From contig CAVOSA010000025.1 of the NCBI GenBank assembly GCA_963698735.1, positions 169-64,168 of the forward strand: 64,000 bases of DNA, written 5' to 3'. The notes beneath the pieces were generated by a model that saw only the letters and a program-made list of their open reading frames with translations, was not told the DNA's origin and ran no database searches. Shown piece after piece: positions 12,558 to 22,495 of the stretch (position 1 is its first letter; each line of letters begins with the position of its first letter). The translations under genes were made by a program, and so were the position numbers. Source of the DNA: an uncultured Gammaproteobacteria bacterium (lineage in GTDB: Bacteria; Pseudomonadota; Gammaproteobacteria; Steroidobacterales; Steroidobacteraceae).

Positions 12558-12953
12558 ATGAGCATGTCGGATCCCATCGCGGACTTCCTCACCCGCATTC
12601 GCAACGGCCAGCTCTCGGGCAAGCCCGAGATCGCCGCGCCGTCGTCGCGAGTCAAGCTGGCACTGGCCAAGGTGTTGAAGGACGAAGGCTACATCGAGGA
12701 CTTCGCCATCGACGGCGATGCCAGCAAGCCGACCGTCAAGGTGCGCCTGAAGTACTACCAGGGCCGCCCGGTCATCGAACGCATCGAGCGCGTGAGCCGT
12801 CCCGGCCTGCGCATCTACAAGGCGAAGGACGAGTTGCCGAAGATTCTCGGCGGCATGGGCGTGGCGATCATCTCGACCTCCAAGGGCGTGATGACCGACC
12901 GTGAAGCCCGCGCCGGCGGACACGGCGGCGAAGTGCTCTGCATCGTGTCGTAA
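12558..12953 (+). CDS. rpsH: 30S ribosomal protein S8
   Basis: 131 aa, [17 protein letters not shown].... Confidence 0.97.
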   Translation: MSMSDPIADFLTRIRNGQLSGKPEIAAPSSRVKLALAKVLKDEGYIEDFAIDGDASKPTVKVRLKYYQGRPVIERIERVSRPGLRIYKAKDELPKILGGMGVAIISTSKGVMTDREARAGGHGGEVLCIVS

Positions 12954-12982
12954 GGCACGGCGCAAGGAACAGGACCAAGACC

Positions 12983-13516
12983 ATGTCACGAGTTGCAAAA
13001 AGGCCGGTTGCGCTGCCCAAGGGCGTGACCCACACGGTCGACGGCAGCACCGTCACCGTCAAGGGCGCCAAGGGTGCGCTCAAGCTGCCGCTGCGTCCGG
13101 GCCTGAGCCTGGTGCAGGAAGGCAACGACATCCGCATCGAGATCGCGGAGCGCAACAAGGAGTCGCTGATGCACGCCGGCTCGCTCCGTTCGCACCTCGC
13201 GAACGTGGTGCAGGGCGTGTCGCAGGGCTACGAGAAGAAGCTCGAACTCGTGGGCGTCGGCTACCGTGCCGCGGCCCAGGGCAAGAAGCTGAACCTGACG
13301 CTCGGCTTTTCGCACCCCGTCGAGTACGACGTGCCGGAAGGCATCACGATCGAGACGCCGACGCAGACGGAAATCGTCGTGAAGGGCGCCGACAAGCAGC
13401 AGGTTGGCCAGGTGGCTGCGGAAATCCGCTCCTACCGTTCCCCCGAGCCCTACAAGGGCAAGGGCGTTCGTTATTCCGGTGAGCGCATCGAGCTCAAGGA
13501 AACGAAGAAGAAGTAA
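12983..13516 (+). CDS. rplF: 50S ribosomal protein L6
   Basis: 177 aa, [15 protein letters not shown].... Confidence 0.96.
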   Translation: MSRVAKRPVALPKGVTHTVDGSTVTVKGAKGALKLPLRPGLSLVQEGNDIRIEIAERNKESLMHAGSLRSHLANVVQGVSQGYEKKLELVGVGYRAAAQGKKLNLTLGFSHPVEYDVPEGITIETPTQTEIVVKGADKQQVGQVAAEIRSYRSPEPYKGKGVRYSGERIELKETKKK

Positions 13517-13527
13517 TGGGTGCCGCG

Positions 13528-13878
13528 ATGGAAAAGAAAGTCAGTCGTCTGAAGAGAGCCCGCCGCAGCCGCGCGAAGATCCTGGAGCTTCGCGCCATGC
13601 GCCTGAGCGTGCACCGCACCGCGCAGCACATCTACGCGCAGGTCTTCGACCCGGAGTCGAAGGTCATCGTGTCTGCGTCGACCCTGCAGAAGGATGTCGC
13701 CGAGGGCCTGAAGGGCACCGGCAACATCGAAGCGGCGAAGGCCGTGGGCAAGGCGATCGCCGAGCGTGCGAAGGCCAAGGGCGTGACCCAGGTTGCCTTC
13801 GACCGCTCGGGCTTCAAGTATCACGGGCGCATCAAGGCGCTTGCCGAAGCCGCGCGCGAAGCCGGCCTCGAGTTCTGA
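13528..13878 (+). CDS. rplR: 50S ribosomal protein L18
   Basis: [18 protein letters not shown]...[26 protein letters not shown]. The start is taken at the internal ATG of ORF 13516..13878 by homology to uL18 N-termini. Confidence 0.93.
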   Translation: MEKKVSRLKRARRSRAKILELRAMRLSVHRTAQHIYAQVFDPESKVIVSASTLQKDVAEGLKGTGNIEAAKAVGKAIAERAKAKGVTQVAFDRSGFKYHGRIKALAEAAREAGLEF

Positions 13879-13903
13879 GCCGCACAAGGTTCCAGGAGCA
13901 GCA

Positions 13904-14410
13904 ATGGCTAGAATCGAAAAAGTGGCGGCGTCGGACGAGTTCATCGAGAAACTGGTGACCGTCAACCGCGTGTCCAAGACCGTGAAGGGCGGCAAGCAGT
14001 TCGGCTTCACCGCGCTCACCGTGGTCGGCGACGGCAACGGCCGCGTCGGCTTCGGCTACGGCAAGGCGCGCGAAGTGCCGGTCGCCATCCAGAAGGCGAT
14101 GCAGCAGGCCCGCAAGAACCTCGTCAACGTGCCGCTGCGCAACTCGACGCTGCACTTCGCGGTCGTCGGCAAGCACGGCACCTCGAAGGTGTACATGCAG
14201 CCGGCCGCCGACGGTACCGGCGTCATCGCGGGCGGCAGCATGCGCGCGGTGTTCGAGTGCGCGGGCGTGCGCAACGTGCTCGCGAAGACCTACGGCTCGC
14301 GCAACCCGATCAACGTCGTGCGCGCCACCATGAACGCCCTGACCGACATGCCGGCGCCGGAGCGCATCGCGGCCAAGCGCGGCAAGACCATTGCCGAAAT
14401 CACGGGCTGA
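13904..14410 (+). CDS. rpsE: 30S ribosomal protein S5
   Basis: Internal ATG at 13904 of ORF 13793..14410, ...[39 protein letters not shown]..., 168 aa. Confidence 0.95.
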   Translation: MARIEKVAASDEFIEKLVTVNRVSKTVKGGKQFGFTALTVVGDGNGRVGFGYGKAREVPVAIQKAMQQARKNLVNVPLRNSTLHFAVVGKHGTSKVYMQPAADGTGVIAGGSMRAVFECAGVRNVLAKTYGSRNPINVVRATMNALTDMPAPERIAAKRGKTIAEITG

Positions 14411-14417
14411 TAGCGCC

Positions 14418-14633
14418 ATGGCAACGAAGAAAGACACCGCGGCCAGGAATGTGGCGAAGACGGTGAAAGTGACGCTGGTGAAGAGCACCTTCGGCCAGAT
14501 CCACCGTCATCGCGCCACCGTGCGCGGCCTCGGGCTGCGCCGCATGAACCAGACGGTCGTCGTGGCCGACACTCCCGAGATCCGCGGCATGCTCAACGCA
14601 TCGCGGCACCTGCTCCGCGTCGAAGAGGCGTGA
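14418..14633 (+). CDS. rpmD: 50S ribosomal protein L30
   Basis: [42 protein letters not shown].... The exact start is uncertain. Confidence 0.9.
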   Translation: MATKKDTAARNVAKTVKVTLVKSTFGQIHRHRATVRGLGLRRMNQTVVVADTPEIRGMLNASRHLLRVEEA

Positions 14634-14640
14634 TCAGATC

Positions 14641-15084
14641 ATGAAGCTCAACACCATCAGCCCGGCACCGGGCAGCAAGAAGACGCGCACGCGCGTCGGT
14701 CGTGGCGCCTCCGCCGGCCAGGGCAAGACCTGCGGCCGCGGCGTCAAGGGCCAGCGCGCCCGCAAGGGCGGCTATCACAAGGTCGGCTTCGAAGGCGGCC
14801 AGATGCCGCTGCAGCGCCGCCTGCCGAAGATCGGCTTCCGCTCGGCGCTCGGCCGCCGCACGGCTGAAGTGCGCCTGAGCGAGCTGCACAAGATCGAAGG
14901 CGGCAACATCGACCTGGCGATCCTCAAGGCGGCGAACCTGGTCCCGGCGAACACGCTGAATGCCAAGATCGTGCTGTCGGGCGAAGTGAAGTCGGCGTTC
15001 ACGGTGTCCGGCGTCGGCGTCACGAAGGGCGCGCGCGCGGCCATCGAGAAGGCCGGCGGCAAGATCGTCGAGCCGGCGGCCTGA
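14641..15084 (+). CDS. rplO: 50S ribosomal protein L15
   Basis: 147 aa, [22 protein letters not shown].... Confidence 0.96.
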   Translation: MKLNTISPAPGSKKTRTRVGRGASAGQGKTCGRGVKGQRARKGGYHKVGFEGGQMPLQRRLPKIGFRSALGRRTAEVRLSELHKIEGGNIDLAILKAANLVPANTLNAKIVLSGEVKSAFTVSGVGVTKGARAAIEKAGGKIVEPAA

Positions 15085-15125
15085 GCCGCGCTCGCTGCAC
15101 CGTACGCAACGCCTAAGGACCAGCA

Positions 15126-16467
15126 GTGGCCAACCAGTCCAACAACCCTGTCGCAGCCCTTGGCGAAGCGACGCGGTTGACCGAACTCCGGAACAGGTTC
15201 CTGTTCCTGATCGGCGGCCTGATCGTCTATCGCATCGGCACGTTCATCCCCGTGCCGGGCATCGACCCGGTCGCGCTCGCGCGTTTCTTCCAGGACCAGC
15301 AGGGCACGATCCTGAGCATGTTCAACATGTTCTCGGGCGGCGCGCTGGAGCGCCTGTCGATCCTCGCGCTCGGCGTCATGCCCTACATCTCGGCCTCGAT
15401 CATCGTGCAGATGATGGCCGTGGTGGTGCCGCAGCTGCAGGCGCTGCGCAAGGAAGGCGAGGCAGGCCGCCGCAAGCTGACCAACTACACGCGCTGGGGC
15501 ACGGTCGGTCTCGCAGTCTTCCAGGGCGCTGGCGCGGCCGTCGCGTTCCAGAACCAGGGCGTCGTGATCAATCCCGGCTTCCAGTTCGTGTTCCTCGCCA
15601 CGACGACGCTCACGGCCGGCACCATGTTCCTGATGTGGCTCGGCGAGCAGATCACGGAGCGCGGCCTCGGCAACGGCATCTCGATGATCATTCTCGCGGG
15701 CATCGTCGCGGGCCTGCCGGCGGCGATCGGCGGCACGCTCGAACTCGTCCGCAACGGCGAAATCAACCCGGCACTGGCGCTGATCCTCGTGGTCATGGTC
15801 GCCGCGGTCACGTATTTCGTGGTGTTCGTCGAGCGCGGCCAGCGCCGCATCCCGGTCAACTACGCCAAGCGCCAGCAGGGCCGCCGCGTGTTCGCCGGTA
15901 CGTCGACCCACCTGCCGTTCAAGCTCAACATGTCGGGCGTGATCCCGCCGATCTTCGCCTCGAGCCTGCTGCTGTTCCCGGCGACGATCGCGAGCTGGTT
16001 CGGCACCAACGAGAACTTCGGCTGGCTGCAGAACGTGGCGGCGAGCCTCGGGATCGGCCAGCCGGTGCACATGCTCATGTACGGCGGCGCTGATCATCTT
16101 CTTCTGCTTCTTCTACACCGCGCTGGTCTTCAACTCGCGCGAGACGGCGGAGAACCTGAAGAAGTCCGGCGCCTTCATCCCCGGCATCCGCCCGGGCCAG
16201 CAGACGGCCGAATACATCGACAAGGTCCTGACCCGCCTGACGGTCTGGGGCGCCCTGTACGTGGCCGTGGTCTGCCTGCTGCCCGAAATCCTGATTTCCC
16301 AGTTCCGGGTGCCGTTCTATTTCGGCGGCACCTCGCTCCTGATCATCGTCGTGGTGATCATGGACTTCATGGCCCAGCTGCAGGCGCACCTGATGTCGCA
16401 CCAGTACGAGGGGCTCATGAAGAAGGCCAACCTGCGCGGCTACGGCCGCCCCGGCCAGGTGCGCTGA
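15126..16467 (+). CDS. secY: preprotein translocase subunit SecY, reading frame broken at about 16086 as sequenced
   Basis: The N-terminal ~320 aa are in frame 0 (...[21 protein letters not shown]...QPVHMLMYG). [37 protein letters not shown]...[27 protein letters not shown]... is in frame 1 and ends at 16467. Removing 1 base gives 446 aa. Confidence 0.9.
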
Positions 16468-16496
16468 GCGCCCCCGGCTGCATCGGAGAGAGAGTC

Positions 16497-16613
16497 ATGA
16501 AAGTTCGTCCCTCGGTTAAGCGTATCTGCAAGAACTGCAAGGTGGTTCGGCGTCGCGGCGTGGTCTACGTGATCTGCAGCAGCGACAAGCGCCACAAGCA
16601 GCGTCAGGGCTGA
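16497..16613 (+). CDS. rpmJ: 50S ribosomal protein L36
   Basis: [38 protein letters not shown], 38 aa. In the track it appears as the tail of the 495-aa ORF 15126..16613. Confidence 0.95.
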   Translation: MKVRPSVKRICKNCKVVRRRGVVYVICSSDKRHKQRQG

Positions 16614-16629
16614 TGGCCCGGTCCTTGCA

Positions 16630-16658
16630 TTGAGCAATACTGGTTTTTCTGATATTAT
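16630..16658 (+). promoter_or_regulatory. candidate sigma70 promoter of the alpha operon
   Basis: TTGAGC (16630-16635), 17-nt spacer, TATTAT (16653-16658), in an AT-richer gap between rpmJ and rpsM. Confidence 0.5.
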
Positions 16659-16691
16659 TCCGCGCTTTTCGCGCCCCGAAGTGAGCCTAAA

Positions 16692-17073
16692 ATGGCCCGT
16701 ATAGCCGGCATCAACATCCCGATGAACAAGCACGTCTGCATCGGGCTGACTGCAATTTTCGGCGTCGGTCGTTCCCAGGCGCTGGCCGCCTGCGAAGCGG
16801 CGGGCGTCAAGCCCGACACCAAGGTGAAGGACCTGACCGACGCCGAAGTCACCGCGCTGCGCTCGCAGATCGCGAAGCTTCCGGTCGAAGGCGACCTGCG
16901 CCGCGAAGTGTCGATGAACATCAAGCGCCTGATGGACCTCGGTTCGTACCGTGGCCATGCGGCACCGCAAGGGCCTGCCGATGCGGGGCCAGCGCACGCG
17001 CACCAATGCGCGCACGCGCAAGGGTCCGCGCAAGGCGGCGGTCAAGCTGAACGCACCTCCGGGCAAGGCGTAA
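16692..17073 (+). CDS. rpsM: 30S ribosomal protein S13, reading frame broken at about 16956 as sequenced
   Basis: [26 protein letters not shown]...[13 protein letters not shown] is in frame 0. [38 protein letters not shown]-stop (TAA 17071-17073) is in frame 1. Confidence 0.9.
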
Positions 17074-17111
17074 TCCGCCCCCCGGTCGGACTGACAAAAG
17101 GTTGTACTCGA

Positions 17112-17510
17112 ATGGCTGACGACAAGAAGTCCGCAGGCAAGCCCCGCAAGAAGATCAAGCGCGTCGTGACCGACGCGGTTGCGCACGTGCATGCCTCGTT
17201 CAACAACACGATCATCACGATCACCGACCGCCAGGGCAACACGCTGTCCTGGGCGACTTCGGGCGGCTGCGGCTTCCGCGGCTCGCGCAAGAGCACGCCG
17301 TTCGCCGCGCAGGTCGCCGCCGAGAAGGCTGGCGTCGCCGCGCAGGAATACGGTGTCCGTACCGTCGACGTGAAGGTCCGCGGTCCGGGCCCGGGTCGCG
17401 AGTCCGCCGTGCGCGCGCTGAACGCCGCCGGCCTGAAGGTCACCAGCATCGAGGACGTGACGCCGATCCCGCACAACGGGTGCCGTCCGCCCAAGAAGCG
17501 TCGCGTCTGA
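17112..17510 (+). CDS. rpsK: 30S ribosomal protein S11
   Basis: [43 protein letters not shown]..., 132 aa. It is the 3' part of the fused ORF 16692..17510. Confidence 0.95.
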   Translation: MADDKKSAGKPRKKIKRVVTDAVAHVHASFNNTIITITDRQGNTLSWATSGGCGFRGSRKSTPFAAQVAAEKAGVAAQEYGVRTVDVKVRGPGPGRESAVRALNAAGLKVTSIEDVTPIPHNGCRPPKKRRV

Positions 17511-17536
17511 CGCGCCGCTGCCGAGGATAAGAGAAC

Positions 17537-18160
17537 ATGGCAAGGTATCTTGGTCCCAAGTGCAAGCTCTCGCGTCGCGAGGGCACCGATCTCTTCCTGA
17601 AGAGCGGCGTCAAGTCGCTCGAGTCGAAGTGCAAGCTCGAAGTGCCGCCGGGCGGCATCAAGGGCGAGCGCCGCACGCGCGTGTCGGGCTACGGCCTGCA
17701 GCTGCGCGAAAAGCAGAAGCTGCGCCGGATGTACGGCGTGCTCGAGCGCCAGTTCCGCGGCTACTACCAGCAGGCGGCGGGCCGTCCGGGTGCCACGGGC
17801 GAGACGCTGCTGCAGATTCTCGAGGCGCGCCTCGACAACGTCGTGTACCGCATGGGTTTCGCCTCGACGCGCAGCGAAGCGCGCCAGCTGGTGAGCCACG
17901 GTGCGATCGTCGTCAACGGCGTTCGCATCAACATTCCCTCTTACCAGTGCAAGGCCGGCGACGTCGTCGGCCTCGGCGAGAAAGCGCAGAAGCAGGCGCG
18001 TGTCGCGCAGGCCCTGCAGATCCGTGCCCAGACCGGCTTCCCGGACTGGGTCGAAGTCGACGAGAAGAAGTTCTCCGGCGTACTGAAGTCACTGCCCGAG
18101 CGCGGCGACATCCTGCCGGACATCAACGAAAGCCTCGTCGTCGAGTTGTACTCCAAGTAA
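17537..18160 (+). CDS. rpsD: 30S ribosomal protein S4
   Basis: 207 aa, [24 protein letters not shown].... Confidence 0.97.
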   Translation: MARYLGPKCKLSRREGTDLFLKSGVKSLESKCKLEVPPGGIKGERRTRVSGYGLQLREKQKLRRMYGVLERQFRGYYQQAAGRPGATGETLLQILEARLDNVVYRMGFASTRSEARQLVSHGAIVVNGVRINIPSYQCKAGDVVGLGEKAQKQARVAQALQIRAQTGFPDWVEVDEKKFSGVLKSLPERGDILPDINESLVVELYSK

Positions 18161-18210
18161 CCCATCCGGCCCGGTCGAACCGGGCCCATTGCCAGGGCAA
18201 GGTGACTTAA

Positions 18211-19215
18211 ATGCAGTCAGCCGTTGCGGAATTCCTCCGTCCGCGCGTGGTGAAGGTGACTCCGACGTCGCCGCGTCACGCCAAGATCGTCATCGAGCCG
18301 TTCGAGCGTGGCTTCGGCCATACGCTCGGCAACGCGCTGCGGCGCGTGCTGCTGTCGTCGATGCCGGGCAGCGCGATCACCGAAGTCGAGATCGATGGCG
18401 TGCTCCACGAGTACACCAGCATCGAAGGCGTGCAGGAGGATGTCGTCGACATCCTGCTGAACCTCAAGCTCGTGGCGCTGCGCCTGAACGCGCGGGACGA
18501 GTCCGAGCTGCGCCTGTCGAAGAAGGGCCCGGGGCCGGTTCGCGCCGGCGACATCCAGTCCGACCACGACGTGGAGATCCTGAACCCGGAGCTCGTGATC
18601 GCCAACCTGACCAAGGCCGGCGAACTCAACATGACGCTCAAGGTCGAGAAGGGCCGCGGTTACCGCCCGGCCGTCCAGCGCCTGGTGTTCGAGGAAGCCA
18701 GCCGGCCGATCGGCCGCCTGCTGCTCGACGCGTCGTTCAGCCCGATCCGCAAGGTCACCTACAACGTCGAGGCCGCGCGCGTCGAACAGCGCACCGACCT
18801 CGACAAGCTGATCATCGACATCGAGACCAACGGCACGATCGACGCCGAAGAGGCCATCCGCCGCGCCGGCTCGATCCTCAAGGACCAGTTGTCGGTGTTC
18901 GTGGACCTGCAGGGCCAGGACGAAGAGAAGTCGCGCCCGGCGGACCACCATTTCGACCCGCTGCTGCTGCGTCCGGTCGACGAGCTCGAGCTCACGGTCC
19001 GCAGCGCGAACTGCCTGAAGGCCGAGAACATCCACTACATCGGCGACCTCGTGCAGAAGACCGAAGTCGAGCTGCTGCGTACGCCGAACCTCGGCAAGAA
19101 GTCGCTCACCGAGATCAAGGAAGTGCTCGAGAGCCACGGCCTGTCGCTCGGTATGCGTCTCGACAACTGGCCGCCTACGGGCCTGAAGCGCGACGAAGAG
19201 CGCGACGTCCTCTAA
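18211..19215 (+). CDS. rpoA: DNA-directed RNA polymerase subunit alpha
   Basis: 334 aa, ...[26 protein letters not shown]...[22 protein letters not shown].... Confidence 0.97.
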   Translation: MQSAVAEFLRPRVVKVTPTSPRHAKIVIEPFERGFGHTLGNALRRVLLSSMPGSAITEVEIDGVLHEYTSIEGVQEDVVDILLNLKLVALRLNARDESELRLSKKGPGPVRAGDIQSDHDVEILNPELVIANLTKAGELNMTLKVEKGRGYRPAVQRLVFEEASRPIGRLLLDASFSPIRKVTYNVEAARVEQRTDLDKLIIDIETNGTIDAEEAIRRAGSILKDQLSVFVDLQGQDEEKSRPADHHFDPLLLRPVDELELTVRSANCLKAENIHYIGDLVQKTEVELLRTPNLGKKSLTEIKEVLESHGLSLGMRLDNWPPTGLKRDEERDVL

Positions 19216-19272
19216 GAAGTGTTTGGCGGCTGGTCACAGGTGACCGGTTGCTGACCGGAGCGAGAAGAAGAG

Positions 19273-19824
19273 ATGAGACACGGATTGAGCGGGCGGCAGC
19301 TGAGCCGCAATTCGACGCACCGCGCCGCGATGCTCCGCAACATGGCGGCGTCGCTGCTGCGGCACGAGACCATCAAGACGACGGTCCCGAAGGCGAAGGA
19401 GCTGCGTCGCTTCGTCGAGCCGCTGATCACGCTCGGCAAGCAGGACAGCGATGCGAACCGTCGCCTCGCGTTCGCGCGCCTGCGCGACGCGGAAGTGGTG
19501 ACCAAGCTGTTCGCGGAACTGGGCCCGCGCTTCAAGGCGCGCCCGGGCGGCTACACGCGCATCCTGCACATGGCCAACCGCGCCGGCGACAACGCCGAGA
19601 TGGCGCTCATGGCGCTGGTCGATCGCGCGGCCCCGGCCGTCGAAGCCCCGGCCGCCGACGAAGGCGAGAAGAAGCCGAAGGCCAGCAAGAAGAAGGCAGC
19701 CGCCCCGGCCGCCGACGAAGGCGAGGCGAAGCCCAAGGCCCGCAAGAAGAAGGCAGCCGCCCCGGCTGCCGACGAAGGCGAGGCGAAGCCCAAGGCTCGC
19801 AAGAAGAAGGCCACTGCGAGCTGA
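19273..19824 (+). CDS. rplQ: 50S ribosomal protein L17 with repeat-containing C-terminal extension
   Basis: [29 protein letters not shown]...[20 protein letters not shown] is a canonical bL17 core of about 125 aa. It is followed by about 55 aa of Ala/Lys/Glu-rich repeats. Confidence 0.95.
   Translation: MRHGLSGRQLSRNSTHRAAMLRNMAASLLRHETIKTTVPKAKELRRFVEPLITLGKQDSDANRRLAFARLRDAEVVTKLFAELGPRFKARPGGYTRILHMANRAGDNAEMALMALVDRAAPAVEAPAADEGEKKPKASKKKAAAPAADEGEAKPKARKKKAAAPAADEGEAKPKARKKKATAS
19645..19815 (+). repeat. 3 x 57-bp in-frame tandem repeat inside rplQ
   Basis: Units 19645-19701, 19702-19758 and 19759-19815 are near-identical. Each encodes APAADEGE(K/A)KPKA(S/R)KKKAA. Confidence 0.9.
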
Positions 19825-19876
19825 CCGCGCGCTGGTCGATCCTGCGCGGGCCGCACGCCGGTCGCAGAAGAAAGTG

Positions 19877-19908
19877 GAAGCCGGACCTCGCGTCCGGCTT
19901 CTCTTTTG
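19877..19908 (+). terminator. rho-independent terminator after rplQ
   Basis: GAAGCCGGA-CCTCGCG-TCCGGCTTC forms a 9-bp stem and is followed by TCTTTTG. Confidence 0.75.
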
Positions 19909-19990
19909 CGGCGCCCTGCACTAACGTCGGGCGTCACCCCGCCATTGCCACCATGACCTCAAACACCACTCGTAGGGAGCGGCACCCCAG

Positions 19991-20386
19991 ATGAGCATCA
20001 TCAAGGAATTCAAGGAATTCGCCATGAAGGGCAACGTGCTCGACATGGCAGTCGGCGTCGTGATCGGCGCGGCGTTCGGCAAGATAGTGTCGTCGCTCGT
20101 GAGCGACGTGATCACGCCGATGATCGGCAAGGTCGTGGGTGGCGTGAACTTCAAGGACCTGGCGTTCACGCTCGGCACGGATCCGGCAGGTGCGCCGATA
20201 CTGCTGAAGTACGGCGTCTTCCTGCAGAACATCTTCGACTTCGCGATCATCGCCGCGGCGATCTTCATGGCGCTCAAGGTCATCAACCGGCTGAAAGCGC
20301 CGCCGCCTGCCGTCGCGCCGCCGCCGCCCGCCGACGTCGCCCTGCTCACCGAGATCCGCGACCTGCTGCAGCAGCAGAAGCAGTAG
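19991..20386 (+). CDS. mscL: large-conductance mechanosensitive channel
   Basis: 131 aa, [43 protein letters not shown]..., a typical MscL N-terminus and TM1. Confidence 0.93.
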   Translation: MSIIKEFKEFAMKGNVLDMAVGVVIGAAFGKIVSSLVSDVITPMIGKVVGGVNFKDLAFTLGTDPAGAPILLKYGVFLQNIFDFAIIAAAIFMALKVINRLKAPPPAVAPPPPADVALLTEIRDLLQQQKQ

Positions 20387-20400
20387 TCGCCTGGCTGCTG

Positions 20401-21747
20401 CTAGGCCACGCTCGCAAACGCGTCCCGCGTGAGGTTTTCCGGCGTGCCCGAGGCGGCGCACGCCACGTCGTCCTCGATGCGGATGCCGCCATACGGCTTC
20501 AGGCGCCGCACGACGTCCCACGCGATGTAGCGGCCGAGCCCGCTCTTCTGCGCCTCGTCGAGCAGCAGGTCGATGAAGTAGAGGCCGGGCTCGATCGTCA
20601 CCACGACACCCGGCTCGAGCCGTCGCGTGAGGCGCAGGTAGCGATGGCCGGTCGGTCGCGGTATCTCGGTGCGACCTGTATCGTCCGCGGCCAGCCCCGC
20701 GACGTCGTGCACCTGCAGGCCAAGCAGGTGGCCGATGCCGTGAGGGAAGAACACGCCGGAAACGCCGGTTTCGACTGCCTGCTCTGGCGTGCAGCCGGTG
20801 AGCACTCCGCTCTCGACCAGTGCACTGGCAATCAGCCGGTGAGCGAGCAGGTGGATGTCGCGATAGTCCACGCCGGGGCGCACTGCAGCGCAGAGCTCGA
20901 GCTGCAGCTTCTCCATGGCCGCCATCAGTTCGAGGAACGTGGCATCGACGCCCGTGCCGGCCGCGTGCGTCCGCGTGATGTCGCTGGCATAACCGCGGAA
21001 CTGCGCGCCTGCGTCGATCAGGAACGTCGGCCGCGGCACGTCGCGGCGGCGTCCGAGTGTGGTGTAGTGCAGGATCGCCGCGCCTTCGCCGAACGCAATG
21101 ATGTTGCCGTAAGGCAGTTCCTGCTCGCGCAGGCCGATGGCCGAGCAGTAGGCCTGGTGCACCTCGAACTCCGAGGCGCCTGCCCGGTAGGCCGTGGCGG
21201 CTGCAATGTGACCCCGCGCGCCCAGGCGCGACGCCTCACGCAGGCACGCGAGTTCATACGCCGTTTTCGCCGCCCGGTGGTAATGCAGGAACGCGAGCAG
21301 GCCAGCGGGGTTGATCGCGCTGAATCCCCACTCGGCGAACTCCGCTGGCGCTTCGCCAACGAACGCGAGCCTGCGGTTACCTGTGTCGAGCAGATCGAGC
21401 GCGTGGGCCGGTTCGCGGATCACTTCGATGTCGAATTCGCGCGTCCAGGCGTCGGTCGGGACTGTCGGCGGCTTGTGCCAGTAATCGGCCGGCTGGTGAA
21501 AGATGAGCTGCGGACGCCGGCCCGGCAGGTAGCGGATGAAACTGTCCGGTGCCTCCTGCAGGGGTGCCCAGTGCAGGAAATGCGGGTTGGCCTTGAAGGC
21601 AGGGCCGTGATCATCGAGGAAATGCAGCCCGGGTCGGCCCGCGTACACGACGAGGCCATCGTGCCCATCGCGCTCCAGGGCGCGCTCGGCCAGCCCGCGG
21701 ACGTGCTGCAAGTGGGCGGGAAACAACCGATCGATGGCATCCGTCAT
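20401..21747 (-). CDS. pepQ: Xaa-Pro dipeptidase (M24B family)
   Basis: 448 aa with M24 metal-ligand regions (...FLIDAGAQFRGYASDITRT..., ...HGIGHLLGLQVHD..., ...EPGLYF...IRIEDDV). Confidence 0.85.
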   Translation of the reverse strand: MTDAIDRLFPAHLQHVRGLAERALERDGHDGLVVYAGRPGLHFLDDHGPAFKANPHFLHWAPLQEAPDSFIRYLPGRRPQLIFHQPADYWHKPPTVPTDAWTREFDIEVIREPAHALDLLDTGNRRLAFVGEAPAEFAEWGFSAINPAGLLAFLHYHRAAKTAYELACLREASRLGARGHIAAATAYRAGASEFEVHQAYCSAIGLREQELPYGNIIAFGEGAAILHYTTLGRRRDVPRPTFLIDAGAQFRGYASDITRTHAAGTGVDATFLELMAAMEKLQLELCAAVRPGVDYRDIHLLAHRLIASALVESGVLTGCTPEQAVETGVSGVFFPHGIGHLLGLQVHDVAGLAADDTGRTEIPRPTGHRYLRLTRRLEPGVVVTIEPGLYFIDLLLDEAQKSGLGRYIAWDVVRRLKPYGGIRIEDDVACAASGTPENLTRDAFASVA

Positions 21748-21985
21748 GGCAAGGGCCCCCGCGTCAGGAATACAGGGATCATAGGAGAACCGGGCCTCGA
21801 ATGGCGGCCTGTTGCGATCTTCTCAGGCGCAATGTCGCCAGATAGAGACAGTTTGGGTCGTTCCGTCTGCGGTCCGGGGTCCTAGAATCCCCTCCGCGCA
21901 TCAGGCAGGCCCGCCGCAAGGGGTGGCTCGCCGAAGGTGCACGTTGTTCGACATCCACAGATCGCAAATTTTCGGGGTATTACCA

Positions 21986-22342
21986 ATGAACGCGAAGATC
22001 GCACTCGCCGCCGCACTCGCCGCCCTGGCTCTCGCCGGCTGCGCCAAGAAGGAAGAAGCCGTCGAAGCCACGCAGGAAGCTGCTGCTGACGCCGCTGCCG
22101 CCGCTGGCCAGGCTGCTGACGCCGCCACGGACGCCGCCGCTGCCGCGACGGACGCCGCTGCCGCCGCTGGCGAAGCTGCCGTTGACGCCGCTGCCGCCAC
22201 CGCCACGGACGCCGCTGCTGGCGCCGCCGACGCCGCCGCCGCTGCTGCTGGCGACGCTGCTGCCGCTGCTGGCGACGCCGCTGCCGCCGCTGGCGACGCC
22301 GCGCAGGCCGCCGGTCAGGCCGCCCAGGAAGCGACCAAGTAA
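21986..22342 (+). CDS. Ala/Asp-rich low-complexity lipoprotein (function unknown)
   Basis: Internal ATG of ORF 21812..22342. MNAKIALAAALAALALAGCAKKEE carries a signal peptide with an LAGC lipobox. The rest is A/D/G/T/E repeats. Confidence 0.6.
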   Translation: MNAKIALAAALAALALAGCAKKEEAVEATQEAAADAAAAAGQAADAATDAAAAATDAAAAAGEAAVDAAAATATDAAAGAADAAAAAAGDAAAAAGDAAAAAGDAAQAAGQAAQEATK

Positions 22343-22356
22343 TTGGTCGCTGACTG

Positions 22357-22383
22357 GTCGTCAGTCCGTCAAGGACTGACGAC
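22357..22383 (+). terminator. strong hairpin after the lipoprotein gene (terminator-like, no clear T-tract)
   Basis: GTCGTCAGTCC-GTCAA-GGACTGACGAC forms a perfect 11-bp stem. Confidence 0.4.
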
Positions 22384-22495
22384 AAAGGATGGGGTGGATC
22401 CCGGCTGGGGTCCGCCCCATTCTCGAAGCACGAGACCAGCCCCGGCGCCCAACGCGGCCCGGTGATCGCGATTCCCGCTGGAGGCGGGTCGAGCA

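Noticed and set aside
6125-17073. Programmed ribosomal frameshifting or recoding as the explanation for the frame breaks in the ribosomal protein genes.
   Set aside because: The junctions show no slippery heptamers or shared sequence context, no stimulatory structures, and no precedent known to me for a dozen such sites in universally single-frame genes. Sequence error remains far more parsimonious, though it needs read-level confirmation.
19645-19815. CRISPR-like array: regular repeats in rplQ, and the degenerate repeats at 22030..22330.
   Set aside because: The repeats are directly adjacent with no spacers, are in frame within coding sequences, and encode low-complexity peptide repeats.
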